Assembly: GCF_006345805.1 (NCBI RefSeq)
Contig: NW_021836860.1
Location: 1 to 46,567, forward strand
Length of the DNA stretch: 46,567 bases
Source of the DNA: Octopus sinensis
Taxonomy: Eukaryota
Reading direction: 5' to 3'
The translations under genes and the position numbers were made by a program. Below the pieces are notes generated by a model. It saw only the letters and a list, made by a program, of their open reading frames with translations, did not search any database and was not told where the DNA came from. Shown piece after piece: positions 36,661 to 46,567 of this stretch. The number at the start of each line of letters is the position of its first letter. Position 1 is the stretch's first letter.

Positions 36661-36776
36661 GTGGAGGTGGCTCACCTGGCCCCAACAAGCGAGTTTCCTT
36701 AAGAGGTCACTCGACCATCAAGAAATAGCAGCCACATTTCATTAAATCAGCAGGATTCGGAAAAAATGTCACATTA

Positions 36777-36825
<49 letters not shown>

Positions 36826-37493
36826 CGTGTGTGTGGGTCTGCTTGTGCGCGGGTGGGTGTGTGCGTGTATGTATGCGTGTGCATATATGTATGTATGTGT
36901 GTGCCTGTGTGTGTATATTTTTGTCTATGTGTGTATGTGCGTATGCGCATGTGTGTGTATATACGTATGCGTATGTGTGTGTATGAGTGTGTGTACATGC
37001 ATGTGTTTATATCTGTCTCTCATGCCTTGACAACCGATGTTGGTTTGCTTACATTCTCGTAACCCACCATCTTGACCATACAGGGACGATAAATTAAGAC
37101 CCAGACAATATCAATAAAAGAGAATCGATCGAATCGTGAAAAGCCTGGTTTTTGCAGGAATCTGGTGAGCGAACCAAGGAAAAGAATAAAAAAAAAAAAC
37201 ATAAAAGAATTGAATTTAGTTTAAAGTAATTAAACAAACATTTTAAGACGCTAATTAACTGACAACGCAGGAGTTGTACTTAATAGTAATACAATCTCAC
37301 TTTAATAATGATTAAGTCTCTTTCTCTCTTCTGTCTCTCTCCCTTCGTCCCTCTTTCTCTCTCTCTCACTCTCTCTCTCTCTCTCTTTCTTTTCTTCTTG
37401 TTATGTATGTGTGTGTAAACAGACAGACAAACGGACAGCCAAACAGATAATTAGATAGACAGACAGATAGACAGACAGACAAACATATAGATA

Positions 37494-38551
37494 AGTTTCT
37501 TTATTGGCCACACAGGGCCGCACACAGATGGGACAAGTTACAAGGTAGATCTTTTCTTTTGGGGGATGAAAAAAACAAAAAACAAAAGAAAATAAAAGGG
37601 GTGGCGTAGGTTTTCGATCAAGAGGGATCGTAAAAGGGAAGAAAAGAACAAAAAAAATAAAAAATAAAATAAAAAATAAAAAGAAATAAAAAGAAAAAAG
37701 GAAAAGGAAAAGGAACAAAAGAACAAAAATGAAAAAAGAAGAAAAAAGGGGAAAAAGGGGAAGAGGAAAAAAAAACGATCAATAGGGATCGTGTATCACA
37801 GTTTTGATATATGGTGTAAAGAGGAAAGCAAGTAAAGTTTATCCGTGGGAAGAAAAGCCTACGAAAAAGACCACGGTATCCTTGGTCAATATTGTTATAT
37901 GTTACCACATTTGCTTGCAAGTGGGTAACCCTCTGTTTTCAATTTCTGGGTTCATAGGATTATGCTCAAGGTGGCTTCGTCATTCATACGTGCCATCCTT
38001 GCTACATTCACCCATCTTTTTTTAAAACATTCGCTAGACAAAACTTGCCTCTCTACTCTCACCTTCCTTTTCAAGTGGTACTTGAAGAAGTTGATGAGAG
38101 ATTGACCAGAGAGGAAAGTGTTTGTCTCCAATCCTTTCAGACGCGTCCACCAGATACATTCTTTCGCCATAGCCACAAGGATGAAAATAGCTCTTCCTTC
38201 CCGTTTGAAGGAAGGAGGCGTGACAATATTGACGATAGACTCAGCTGATAAACCGACTCGTCCCACACGTGACAGCAGTTGTTCGACATAAGCCCACAGG
38301 TCGGAAATTGTTGGACACTGCACGAGTGCGTGCAGAACGGTTTCGTCGCTCTGACCGCATCTCGTGTTTCTCGAGCCGTGTCTGTAGAGCTTATCCCGAA
38401 CGGGTAGCGCTTCTCGGTAGCACTGCCAGGCCAGGGATCTCTGGAAGTTGTCCATGGGCCCTGGCCCGAAAGTCGTCCTGAACAGGCGGGTCAGGTACTC
38501 CTCGTCGACGTCCAGGTTCGCCCCGAGCTCGTCGTTGTACCTCCCCTCCAC
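37494..38551 (-). mobile_element. 5'-truncated Tx1/L1-clade LINE (ORF2 C-terminus, 3' UTR, AATAAA at 37500-37505)
   Basis: See the ORF remnant at 37952-38551. Both ends abut ATCT/GTCT-type tetranucleotide repeats. Confidence 0.88.
37952..38551 (-). pseudogene. ORF2 C-terminal remnant with zf-RVT-like zinc knuckle
   Basis: [16 protein letters not shown]...RCGQSDETVLHALVQCP...LWAYV matches the W..L..LP.R..L / C..C...ET..H....C pattern of L1/Tx1 ORF2. The first Cys is missing here. The N-terminal IYLS repeats of the listed ORF are just (GATA)n. Confidence 0.85.
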
Positions 38552-38552
38552 T

Positions 38553-38631
<79 letters not shown>

Positions 38632-38657
38632 GTAGGTAGGTAGGTAGGTGGATGGTG

Positions 38658-38730
<73 letters not shown>
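38553..38730. repeat. (GATA)n/(GGTA)n microsatellite
   Basis: Direct reading. Confidence 0.97.
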
Positions 38731-38731
<1 letters not shown>

Positions 38732-38763
38732 GAATGAGAACCCAGGTTCGAAATTTCCCCAGG

Positions 38764-38807
38764 ACACCTGAAGAAGGCTGGAGGGTATACCAGCCGAAAT
38801 GTTGTGT
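38764..38807 (+). ncRNA. Minimal type I hammerhead motif within repeat 38730-38870
   Basis: acac-CUGAAGA-A-ggcug(gaggguauac)cagcc-GAAA-U|GU-U-gugu: 4-bp stem I, 5-bp stem II, loopless stem III. Confidence 0.65.
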
Positions 38808-39291
38808 TAACAACAAACAAGATGAGGACAAATATCCGCCAAATGTAAATAATATAAATAATGTATATAATTCCTCATCTCTTAAATATAGAACTGTATT
38901 ATTAGAATATTTCCATAGACAAAGCAGAACCTCATCGATAACCCGAAAAGGCGAAATTCAACACGGACCGTTAGAACTTCATTTTAACACTGTCAACTGA
39001 GCTTGTTCAACTAAATTAGAATACCTTCAAACGTATATATCGGTGCCATTAGGCAAAAGTATCGTAAGTCCAAATTCTTGCTTTCTCAGCAAACGCAAAA
39101 GTGGTTTCACCATTTCATAGCAAAACCGTTGTACTACACTTTGACAATTTTTGATATCTTGGCATCTGAAGCAGCTGGTGATACGATAGTTTTGACCAAA
39201 AGAACCAGCTATTGCAAGCAAAAAAAAAAAAATTTTTTAAAAACGTATTTGGCCAAATTTGGACATACGACAGTTTAACATAATGGCAAGG

Positions 39292-39694
39292 CTATATTAT
39301 ATATAAAGTAAAAGTGCATAGTTGTCCATTTAGCGTTCCTACATTTAATTCCTAACTACTCCACATTTTGCGGTGCAGTTTAACCAAAACCGGGTATCTT
39401 ATAGTCGGGATTCATATCGAGCCCTTCTGGGTATTAGCGCGCGTCTACGATGGGTCTACGATTTTCAAAAAAAATTTACCATCATTTTTTCCATTTTAAT
39501 GCATTTTTTTCGCTATTATATAAGGGAAGTAACTCTCTAAAAATGTCTACGATGAGTCAACGATTTAAAAAAAATTTACCATCATTTTTTCCATTTTAAT
39601 GCATTTTTTTGCTATTTTTTGGCTATAACTCTCAAAAAATGTTTATATAGTTATTTCCCTTACAAACCCGAGCAACGCCGGGCGATACTGCTAG
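39292..39694 (+). mobile_element. Non-autonomous Helitron
   Basis: 3' hairpin CCCGAGCAACGCCGGG (39667-39682), then CTAG (39691-39694) followed by T. 5' end resembles (TC)TATATATAAA. Internal ~100-bp tandem duplication (39443-39516 / 39545-39616). Confidence 0.8.
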
Positions 39695-39763
<69 letters not shown>

Positions 39764-39786
39764 GGTGTGTGTGTGTATATATATAT

Positions 39787-39931
39787 ACTGGAGTAAACAC
39801 ATAAATGTGAAACAATGTGGAAAAAAGAGTACTCAAACACCAGAGGTAGAGTAATACGCTTTATTTAAAAGCAGCAGAAATATCACAAAAACGGGTACTT
39901 ACGTTCCCGTTTGTCGGACAGTTTTTTAGAA
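39787..39931 (-). mobile_element. Second copy of the Penelope-like terminus seen at 30133, hammerhead region partly deleted
   Basis: ataaatgtgaaacaa.gtgg.aaaaagagta.tc.aa.accagaggtagagtaa...gcagcagaaatatcac...tcggacagtttt.ttagaa is shared with 30133-30288. Confidence 0.7.
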
Positions 39932-40062
39932 TTTGGCCAAGTTTCGACATACTACAGTTTAACATAATAGTAACGATATCTATATATATATATATATATC
40001 TTTACAGTCATTAAAGGTGAAAATATTTTGCTAATGAAATTAGCAAAGGAAATACTGTAAAT

Positions 40063-40305
40063 CAGGTTTTTTCAACTATTTTTTACCCACAGACAGCTTT
40101 GATTCCCAGCTCGCTCGGGTGGACCCACCTAGTGTTTCGGTGTTTAAAATGAATAATGTTATATTTTTATAATTAAATATCTGGAATTGTATAAAAATAT
40201 ATTGAAATATTTTGTGTATAACAATTTTATAGCAGATAAAATTTAACAGCAAAATCTTAAAAGGACCCCCAAACGTCATGTGAACCCTGGTTGAGGACCA
40301 CAGCG
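40063..40305. mobile_element. Degraded hAT-like MITE (related fragment at about 10425-10530)
   Basis: Right end ccctggttgaggaccacag is the reverse complement of a CAGTGGTTCTCAACC-type terminus. Internal gattcc...ctcgggtgga motif is shared with 10470. Confidence 0.4.
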
Positions 40306-40926
40306 CTAGATAACAGGAGGTAAACGAAATGTAATTCTGCATTAAAATCTAAGGAAAAATAGGTTTTTAAACAATTTTTGTCTTTTTCTCTGAATATTTT
40401 CCTGATTTGGTCTGTTTTTTATTCCTCAGTGATCCACTTACTAGGAATAGCAGCGAAATTCTTCCTATCACTCTCCAACATTTGTAAAAAGCAGAAGAGT
40501 TGAATTTCATAATTTCGTCCTAAATACATTGTTTAATCAACAGATGAGGTGGTCATAGTAGGAATGGCGTTGATCTTTAGTTATCTGAATTAGGATTACG
40601 GAGAAATACACGACGATAACAAACAAAACTTCAACCGAAAGCAACGTTTCATCGGTAAACCTGCCAGCAGCAACAGCAGCCGTTCAAGAATTTGGACCTG
40701 GAGATCTCCATTTCCAGCGACTTCGAGGGCCACCTTCCACTGGTGTCGGGCGTCAACGACTACAACAAGACGACCAACGTTTTTTTTTCCAAGATTTGGG
40801 GTCTCCCGCCCCTAAGCCCTAGACCATCACCTAATCACCCTTACCCGTCTTGTTGCTTAACAACAACAACAGCAGCGACATCAACATCAACATCATCATT
40901 TGCGCATGTTTCTACACACACATACA

Positions 40927-41148
40927 TATCAGGAGGTGTTGAAAACTTACTGGCCTTATGGGCATCGCGATAGGCCTGGTTGGACACCCAGCCTTCCGAA
41001 TTCTTTTACTGGGCTCAGAAAAGCTCAAGGAGCACTGCAGTAAGTGGGAGAATCTGAGAGGGGGAATTCGTTAAATGAAACCATAATTAACCGATCCTCT
41101 TCAATTCTCTTTTAACCACACCCTGGAACTTTTCAGCATACCCCCGTC
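40927..41148 (+). mobile_element. ~220-bp mariner deletion derivative
   Basis: Imperfect TIRs aggaggtgttgaaaacttactgg / ctggaacttttcagcatacccccgt. The interior encodes the transposase C-terminus EKLKEHCSKWENLRGEFVK*. Confidence 0.6.
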
Positions 41149-42194
41149 CGTGTATGTGTGTGTGTGTGTGTTTGTGTGTAATGTGTCACTGAGAATACAA
41201 ACTTGTGTAAAAATATTACTCAATAGAGCAGCGGCACAGGGAGAATGTGTGCCACCCAGGGCAGCCTGTGAAGTTTCCACAAACACCTATTGTCCACCAT
41301 ACCCTCATAAAAGCGTCGGCTGGGGCGGACCACGCCCCTAGCCGCCTTGCCCTTACATGTGCAACTGTAATAGAGATTATTCGCTTATTCGCAACGGAGG
41401 CTTCTCTTCGACAGTATGTTAGGTCTCGTACCTTATGGATGTATCATCAGCACAGAGATATCAGAAGCGAAAATTAAAAGGTTTTTTTGGTTTTTTTCTT
41501 CCTCTTGTTATTTTCTGCATTGCAGGTTCGAGTATATTCGTAAAGTTAGAAAAAGAAGGAACGATAACGTTTAAACGATCGACAGTTTCCGAGTAACAAA
41601 GTCATCAAAGAAAAATGGAATTGGGATATTATAAGATTGCATCAACTGATCTCTTGTGTAGAGTGAGATTCCAGTAGATGGCAGGCAACGGTCTATCTTT
41701 TGACATTCACCAACAACTAAATATTAATTTCAAACGGAACCAATATCACAGAATATATTTGCATGTGTTGCAGAGAAAGGAACAAACGTATTTTTTTTAT
41801 TTGCTCAATGTATAATTATTGTTCTAGTCTTTTGGTGACATAAAATATGTATCAATGAGAAGAATATATCAGGAAGGACATCGAAATATTGGTGGAGCGA
41901 TAGGATTGAACATGTTGAGATATTTCCATGTGTTAGAAGTGAGGGAATTCAAAGGAAACCAGCATCCATCTTCGTCACAGAAAAAAAAAAACTGATTGAT
42001 CCAAGAATATTTTGATATCCACGTTCATGAGTGTTTTCTGATTTGTGTGTGTGCGTGCGTGTGTGTGTGTATGTATACGTGTGCGTATGTGTGTGTGCGA
42101 GCGTGTGAGTATATGAGTGCGTGCCTGTGTGTGCATACGTGTGTGTGTTGTATCTTTTGCGGGTCATTTTTGCCAAATACAAGACCAATATATG

Positions 42195-42885
42195 TACACA
42201 CACACACTCACACAAATACATACGCACACATACAAATACATACACAAGCATACACACAAATACACACACACTCAAATACACACTCACACAAATACACACG
42301 CACACATACAAATACACACACACATACACACAAATACACACGCACACTCAAATACACACGCACACAAATATACACACACACATAAAAATACACACACACA
42401 CTCAATTACACATACACACAAATATATACACACACATACAAATACACACACACACTCAATTACACATACACACAAATATATACACACATATACAAATACA
42501 CACACACACACTCAATTACACATACACACAAATATATACACACACATACAAATACACACACACTCAATTACACACACACACACAAACAAATATACACACA
42601 CATACAAACATACACACATATATTTATTTATTTGTCACTAGATTACTATAATAACTATATTCGACATTTGCATTGACAGGACTCCATTATATCTTAACGC
42701 CGAGAATTCAATACAGGATCTGATTGACAGAAAAACACGTATGTGTGCGCACGCTGTATATAAATGTGTGTGTGTATGAGCGTGTGTGTGTATATGAGCG
42801 TGTGTGTGTATGAGCGTGTGTGTGTATATGAGCGTGTGTGTGTGTGTATGAGCGCGCGTGTGTGTGTGTGTGTGTGTGTGTGTGC
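42195..42885. repeat. (CA)n-derived minisatellites (~52-bp unit x4 at 42395-42610; ~16-bp gtgtgtgtatatgagc units at 42770-42855)
   Basis: ctcaattacacatacacacaaatatata recurs at about 52-bp spacing. Confidence 0.85.
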
Positions 42886-43090
42886 GGTCGTTCGTGTTAT
42901 AAGCCATGACTTTGCCCTAATTTTACCTTTTATCGGTACGAGCCCTTTATGGTTTGTTCTCCTACGTTTCTAGATTCCCAAAGTTTTATCCTTTGTATAA
43001 ATTAATAGGTGGTGCTGTATGTTACTACACAGCCAATGGCATTGCGCTTTGGTCAATGTTGTCATTACTACAATGTTTGACCTTTCGATT

Positions 43091-43407
43091 GGCAGCGAGC
43101 GGGCAGAAACGTTAGCACGCCAGGCGAAATGCGTAGCCGTATTTCGTCTGCCGTTACGTTCTGAGTTCAAATTCTGCCGAGGTCGACTTTGCCTTTCATC
43201 CTTTCGGGGTCGATTAAATAAGTACCAGTTACGCACTGGGGTCGTAATCGACTTAATCCGCTTGTCTGTCCTTGTTTGTCCTCTCTGTGTTTAGCCCCTC
43301 GTGGGTAGTAAAGAAATAGGTATTTTGTCTGTCTATGTTCTAAGTTCAAATTCCGCCGAGGTCGACTTCGACTTTCATCCTCTTGGGTCGATGAATTAAG
43401 TACCAGT
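43091..43407 (+). mobile_element. Long-form SINE A plus partial second unit
   Basis: Same 1.4-mer layout as 19623-19940. Confidence 0.92.
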
Positions 43408-43410
43408 ATA

Positions 43411-43700
43411 AGGGGGAGAATTCACAAAAAACAACAGACGAAGACAAGTGATGTAGACAACAAACAGATGTATTAGTTTAACGCTCGGGAAGTGAAAAAG
43501 TCTTTAACGTTTCGAGCCTACGCTCTTCCACGGAAAGGAACACAGAAACAAACAAGGAGAGAAAATAAAGAATGTGTAGTGGCTAGCGATCTATCATGGC
43601 GAATGCCGAACAGAAGGGTCACACAGGAGTGCTTGGGAGAAGGGGAGATAATAAAGTAGTGGTGATCCCAAAATGAAGGTGTTCATGCATTTGGAAGAGG
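43411..43700 (-). mobile_element. Penelope-like terminal fragment with hammerhead-like motif at 43501-43538
   Basis: Minus strand ccuuu-CCGUGGA-A-gagc(guag)gcuc-GAAAC|GUU-aaaga. Homologous to 11335-11372. Confidence 0.55.
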
Positions 43701-43964
43701 GCTGATGATCTTGACGTGTGCGTGTGTGTAGGTGCGAAAATGTGTGTTTCGGAAGTTGTAAGTGGTGGTGTGTTGTGATGTGATGTGTTGTGTGGTATGG
43801 TGGTATATGGTGTAGTGGTGTGTGGTGTGATGGTGTTGGGAATTGGGGGAGGCGGGCTTCTTTATAGGTGTGTGTGTTCGTGTGTGTATGTGTGTGTGAG
43901 TAAGATTTTGCGTATAAAAAGTGAAGGAAGACCAAATGATAGAAACACAGACAGACAGTCAGAG

Positions 43965-44137
43965 AGAAGAACTGCAAGACAGAAATTTGGGGGAGGGGGA
44001 CAGTTGATCGCATCGACCCCCAAAAGAATCAAAAGTAAAGTCGACCTCAGTGGAATTTGAACCCAGAACGGAAAGACGGACGAAATGCCGCAAAGCATTT
44101 TGCCCGGCATGCTAACGATTCTACCAGCTCGCCGCCT
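43965..44137 (-). mobile_element. SINE family A
   Basis: aaagtcgacctcagtggaatttgaacccagaacg...gctaacgattctaccagctcgccgcc. Confidence 0.88.
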
Positions 44138-44484
44138 TAATTATGGGGATGATGATGATGATGGTGAGGAGGAGGAGGAGGAGGAGGAGGAAGAGGAGGA
44201 GAAGTAGGAGGATGAGGATCGTGATGATGATAACATCAATGACATTAATAACGGCAAAAATAATTATACTCCAACAGCAATAGCAACAACAACACTATTA
44301 AGAAGAAGAACAACAACAGCAACGGCGAAGGAAACGTTTTCAACAAGCAATCCACGATAATGTTGCTAGCTTTTGTAGATGTCAGAAGACAAGGAGTGAT
44401 GGGAGAAGCGGAGGAGATTGTGTCTAGGGAGAAGCTGCTGGATCGATACATATGTAAATATATATATATGTGTGTGTGTGTGTG

Positions 44485-44524
<40 letters not shown>

Positions 44525-44639
44525 GTGTGTGTGTTTGTGTGTGTGCTTGTATGTATGTATAAGGATTTGGAAATGAAAGGTCACCAGAGGTCAGAATAGT
44601 TTGAACTGGTTCCTGGAAACATGATTGAATTTCTAATGG

Positions 44640-44783
44640 CTGTTCAAACGATAGAATGGATACCACTGCTTCTCAGAATGATGATGTTGCTGCTGTTGCT
44701 GATGATGATGATGATGATGATCAGGAGACAGAGGAAGATAGCACTTCTATTCATGATAGGATGCCAAGTAGTATTATACGCGT

Positions 44784-44818
<35 letters not shown>

Positions 44819-44819
44819 T

Positions 44820-44878
<59 letters not shown>

Positions 44879-44981
44879 TGTGTTGGTGGTGGTAATATTA
44901 ATAGTAGTAGTAGTAGTATTATAGTAGTAGTAGTAGTAGTAGTAGTAGTAGCAGTAGTTGTGTTGGTGGTGGTAATATTAA

Positions 44982-45032
<51 letters not shown>

Positions 45033-45045
45033 CAGTAGTAGTAGA
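44640..45045. repeat. (GAT)n, (CAG)n, (TAG)n tract with an 80-bp-period duplication
   Basis: agtagttgtgttggtggtggtaatattaatagtagt occurs twice (about 44874 and 44954). Confidence 0.9.
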
Positions 45046-45270
45046 TATGATTAACAATGCGTTGTGAAGAAGAGATATTATCTGTCTATCTATCAGTATA
45101 TCTGGTTATCAACTTTCTGTATATCTAAATTTAAATCGTCTGACGATGTGTGTGCCTGTGTATATAAATGTAATGTGCATGTATGAATGTATGTATATAT
45201 ATGCATATATATGTATTTTGTGTGTTTTTTGTATCCTCTTCTAAATGTTTTGCGTTCTTATCCCAGTTTG

Positions 45271-45340
<70 letters not shown>

Positions 45341-45477
45341 CTTCCCCGTCCCACACAATCCCCCAGCCCACTCTTCGTGTTTCGGCTTCTCACAGTGCTA
45401 TACTACACACGACAGCGAATCTGACAAAAGAACGCACTACACCCCAATGAAGTATACTCAACCAAGTCGAATCCAAT

Positions 45478-45800
45478 GGCTTTCCGTCGGTTAAGACTAC
45501 GATTCCTCCAGTTGATCGTACCAATAGAACAGCCCGCTCGTGAAATTAATGTGCAAGTGGCTGAGTACTCCACAGTCATGCGTACCCTTAACGTAGTTCT
45601 AATGGAGATTCAGCGTGACATTGAATGTGACAAGGCTGGCCCTTTTGAAATACTAGTTCTACTCATATTTTCCAGTTAAATGAACTGCAATAACGTGAAA
45701 TTAAGCATCTTGCTCAAGAACACAACGCACTGCCGGGGATGGAACTCACGACCTTACGATTGTGAGCCCGACACTCTAACCACTACGCCAAGCGCCTTCA
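45478..45800 (-). mobile_element. SINE C tail type 1 (45478-45678) and a separate tRNA-like head (45690-45800)
   Basis: ctcgtgaaattaatgtgcaagtggctgagtactccacag...cccttaacgtagttct, and gaactcacgacc...ctctaaccactacgccaagcgccttcac. Confidence 0.8.
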
Positions 45801-46149
45801 CGCCCCACGTCACCTCACAGAACACTAATTCCTACGAGACAGCTAGAGCACACACACATCTATGTGGCCCAGCTTAAAATCAAACCACGGACACCACAAG
45901 CGGACACATCCTACCTCTTGTAACACCTCGGATCTTCCTTTGGCAATTTCTTCTTCAACACATTGCAGGCCGAGCCAAGGTTTATTTTACGAAAGAGCAC
46001 CTGTTGGCCATGCATGTATGCCTCTCCTCTTTCTCCACACCACTGTTGTTGGCCAAGTTAAGGGCCAGGACCGGCACAACGTCGCTCCTACTATTAAACA
46101 CAATCTATTCGATACCATATCTTCGTGTTATTGTATTCAGTCAAACTTT

Positions 46150-46567
46150 TTTGCAATATTTTGGTAATTTATTTACATTACTCGTTATATAACAACATAA
46201 GCGGTTTTGCATTCAAAGTAGAGGCCATCGTGGTGCACCATTTAAAGCAACCTGTCTGCCACTTCTTTAATCCGACGCTGAACCAATTCTCGGCTTTTGA
46301 GGCGAAGAACTCTTTCACTGCAGATTTCACCTTCTCTTGGTTGACGATGCATTGTGAGCACAGAAAGTGTGCGATGGGTCGAAACAGGTTAGAATCCAAG
46401 AGTGCTTGTTCCACACTATATGCTGAGTGTGGAATCAGATCGTTTCCTTCACGTTCTTAGAAATTATTTCGGGTCGTTCGAGCGTTATAAGATCTTGTGT
46501 CGTCTGGTTGCAGAAGAGCTTGCTATCTGTTAACCAAATGCCGGGTATTTTTACCCCACAATTCCAT
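46150..46567 (-). pseudogene. Degraded mariner transposase C-terminus, continues beyond window end
   Basis: With frameshifts: KYPALVNR*QALLQPDDTRSY...LIPHSAYSVEQALLDSNLFRPIAHFL...VKSAVKEFFASK, matching the HDNARPH / HPPYSPDLAPSDYHLF region. Confidence 0.8.

Noticed and set aside
39041-39245. Tc1-like terminus cggtgccattaggcaaaagtat
   Set aside because: No partner TIR or transposase motif found.
474-45450. Dozens of long ORFs rich in I/Y/N/H/T/C/V/M in the ORF track
   Set aside because: They are translations of (TA)n, (CA)n, (ATT)n, (TACA)n, (CAT)n and (GATA)n microsatellites with no domain content.
45862-46120. Unique sequence with a GAG|GTAGGA donor on the minus strand
   Set aside because: Frames are short and stop-bounded, with no acceptor or recognisable product.

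Overview
AT-rich eukaryotic DNA saturated with microsatellites and interspersed repeats. The SINE families and repeat landscape look like an octopus (cephalopod) genome; this is pattern recognition, not a database result. I find no recognisable host protein-coding exon, rRNA, true tRNA gene or CRISPR array. Almost all ORFs in the supplied track are microsatellite translations. The real coding remnants are all transposon-derived: an R4/Dong-like RLE endonuclease end (1286-1793, -), three Tx1/L1-like ORF2 3' ends (2484-2905 +, 3168-3559 +, 37494-38551 -), two mariner transposase remnants (28258-29164, 46150-46567) and degraded CR1/L2-like ends. There are also more than 30 tRNA-headed SINE copies, MITEs and a non-autonomous Helitron. 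The most notable signal is RNA-level. At least seven type I hammerhead-ribozyme motifs from four sequence families are present. The best case is a ~880-bp palindrome (11586-12464) built from a 358-bp unit that carries a complete hammerhead fold with a GUC site, resembling a retrozyme (circular-RNA-derived retroelement). A second case is a tRNA-headed element whose tail is a hammerhead module (10796-11057). Folds were done by eye, coordinates of degraded repeats are approximate (about +/-10-20 bp), and family names for SINEs are my own labels.
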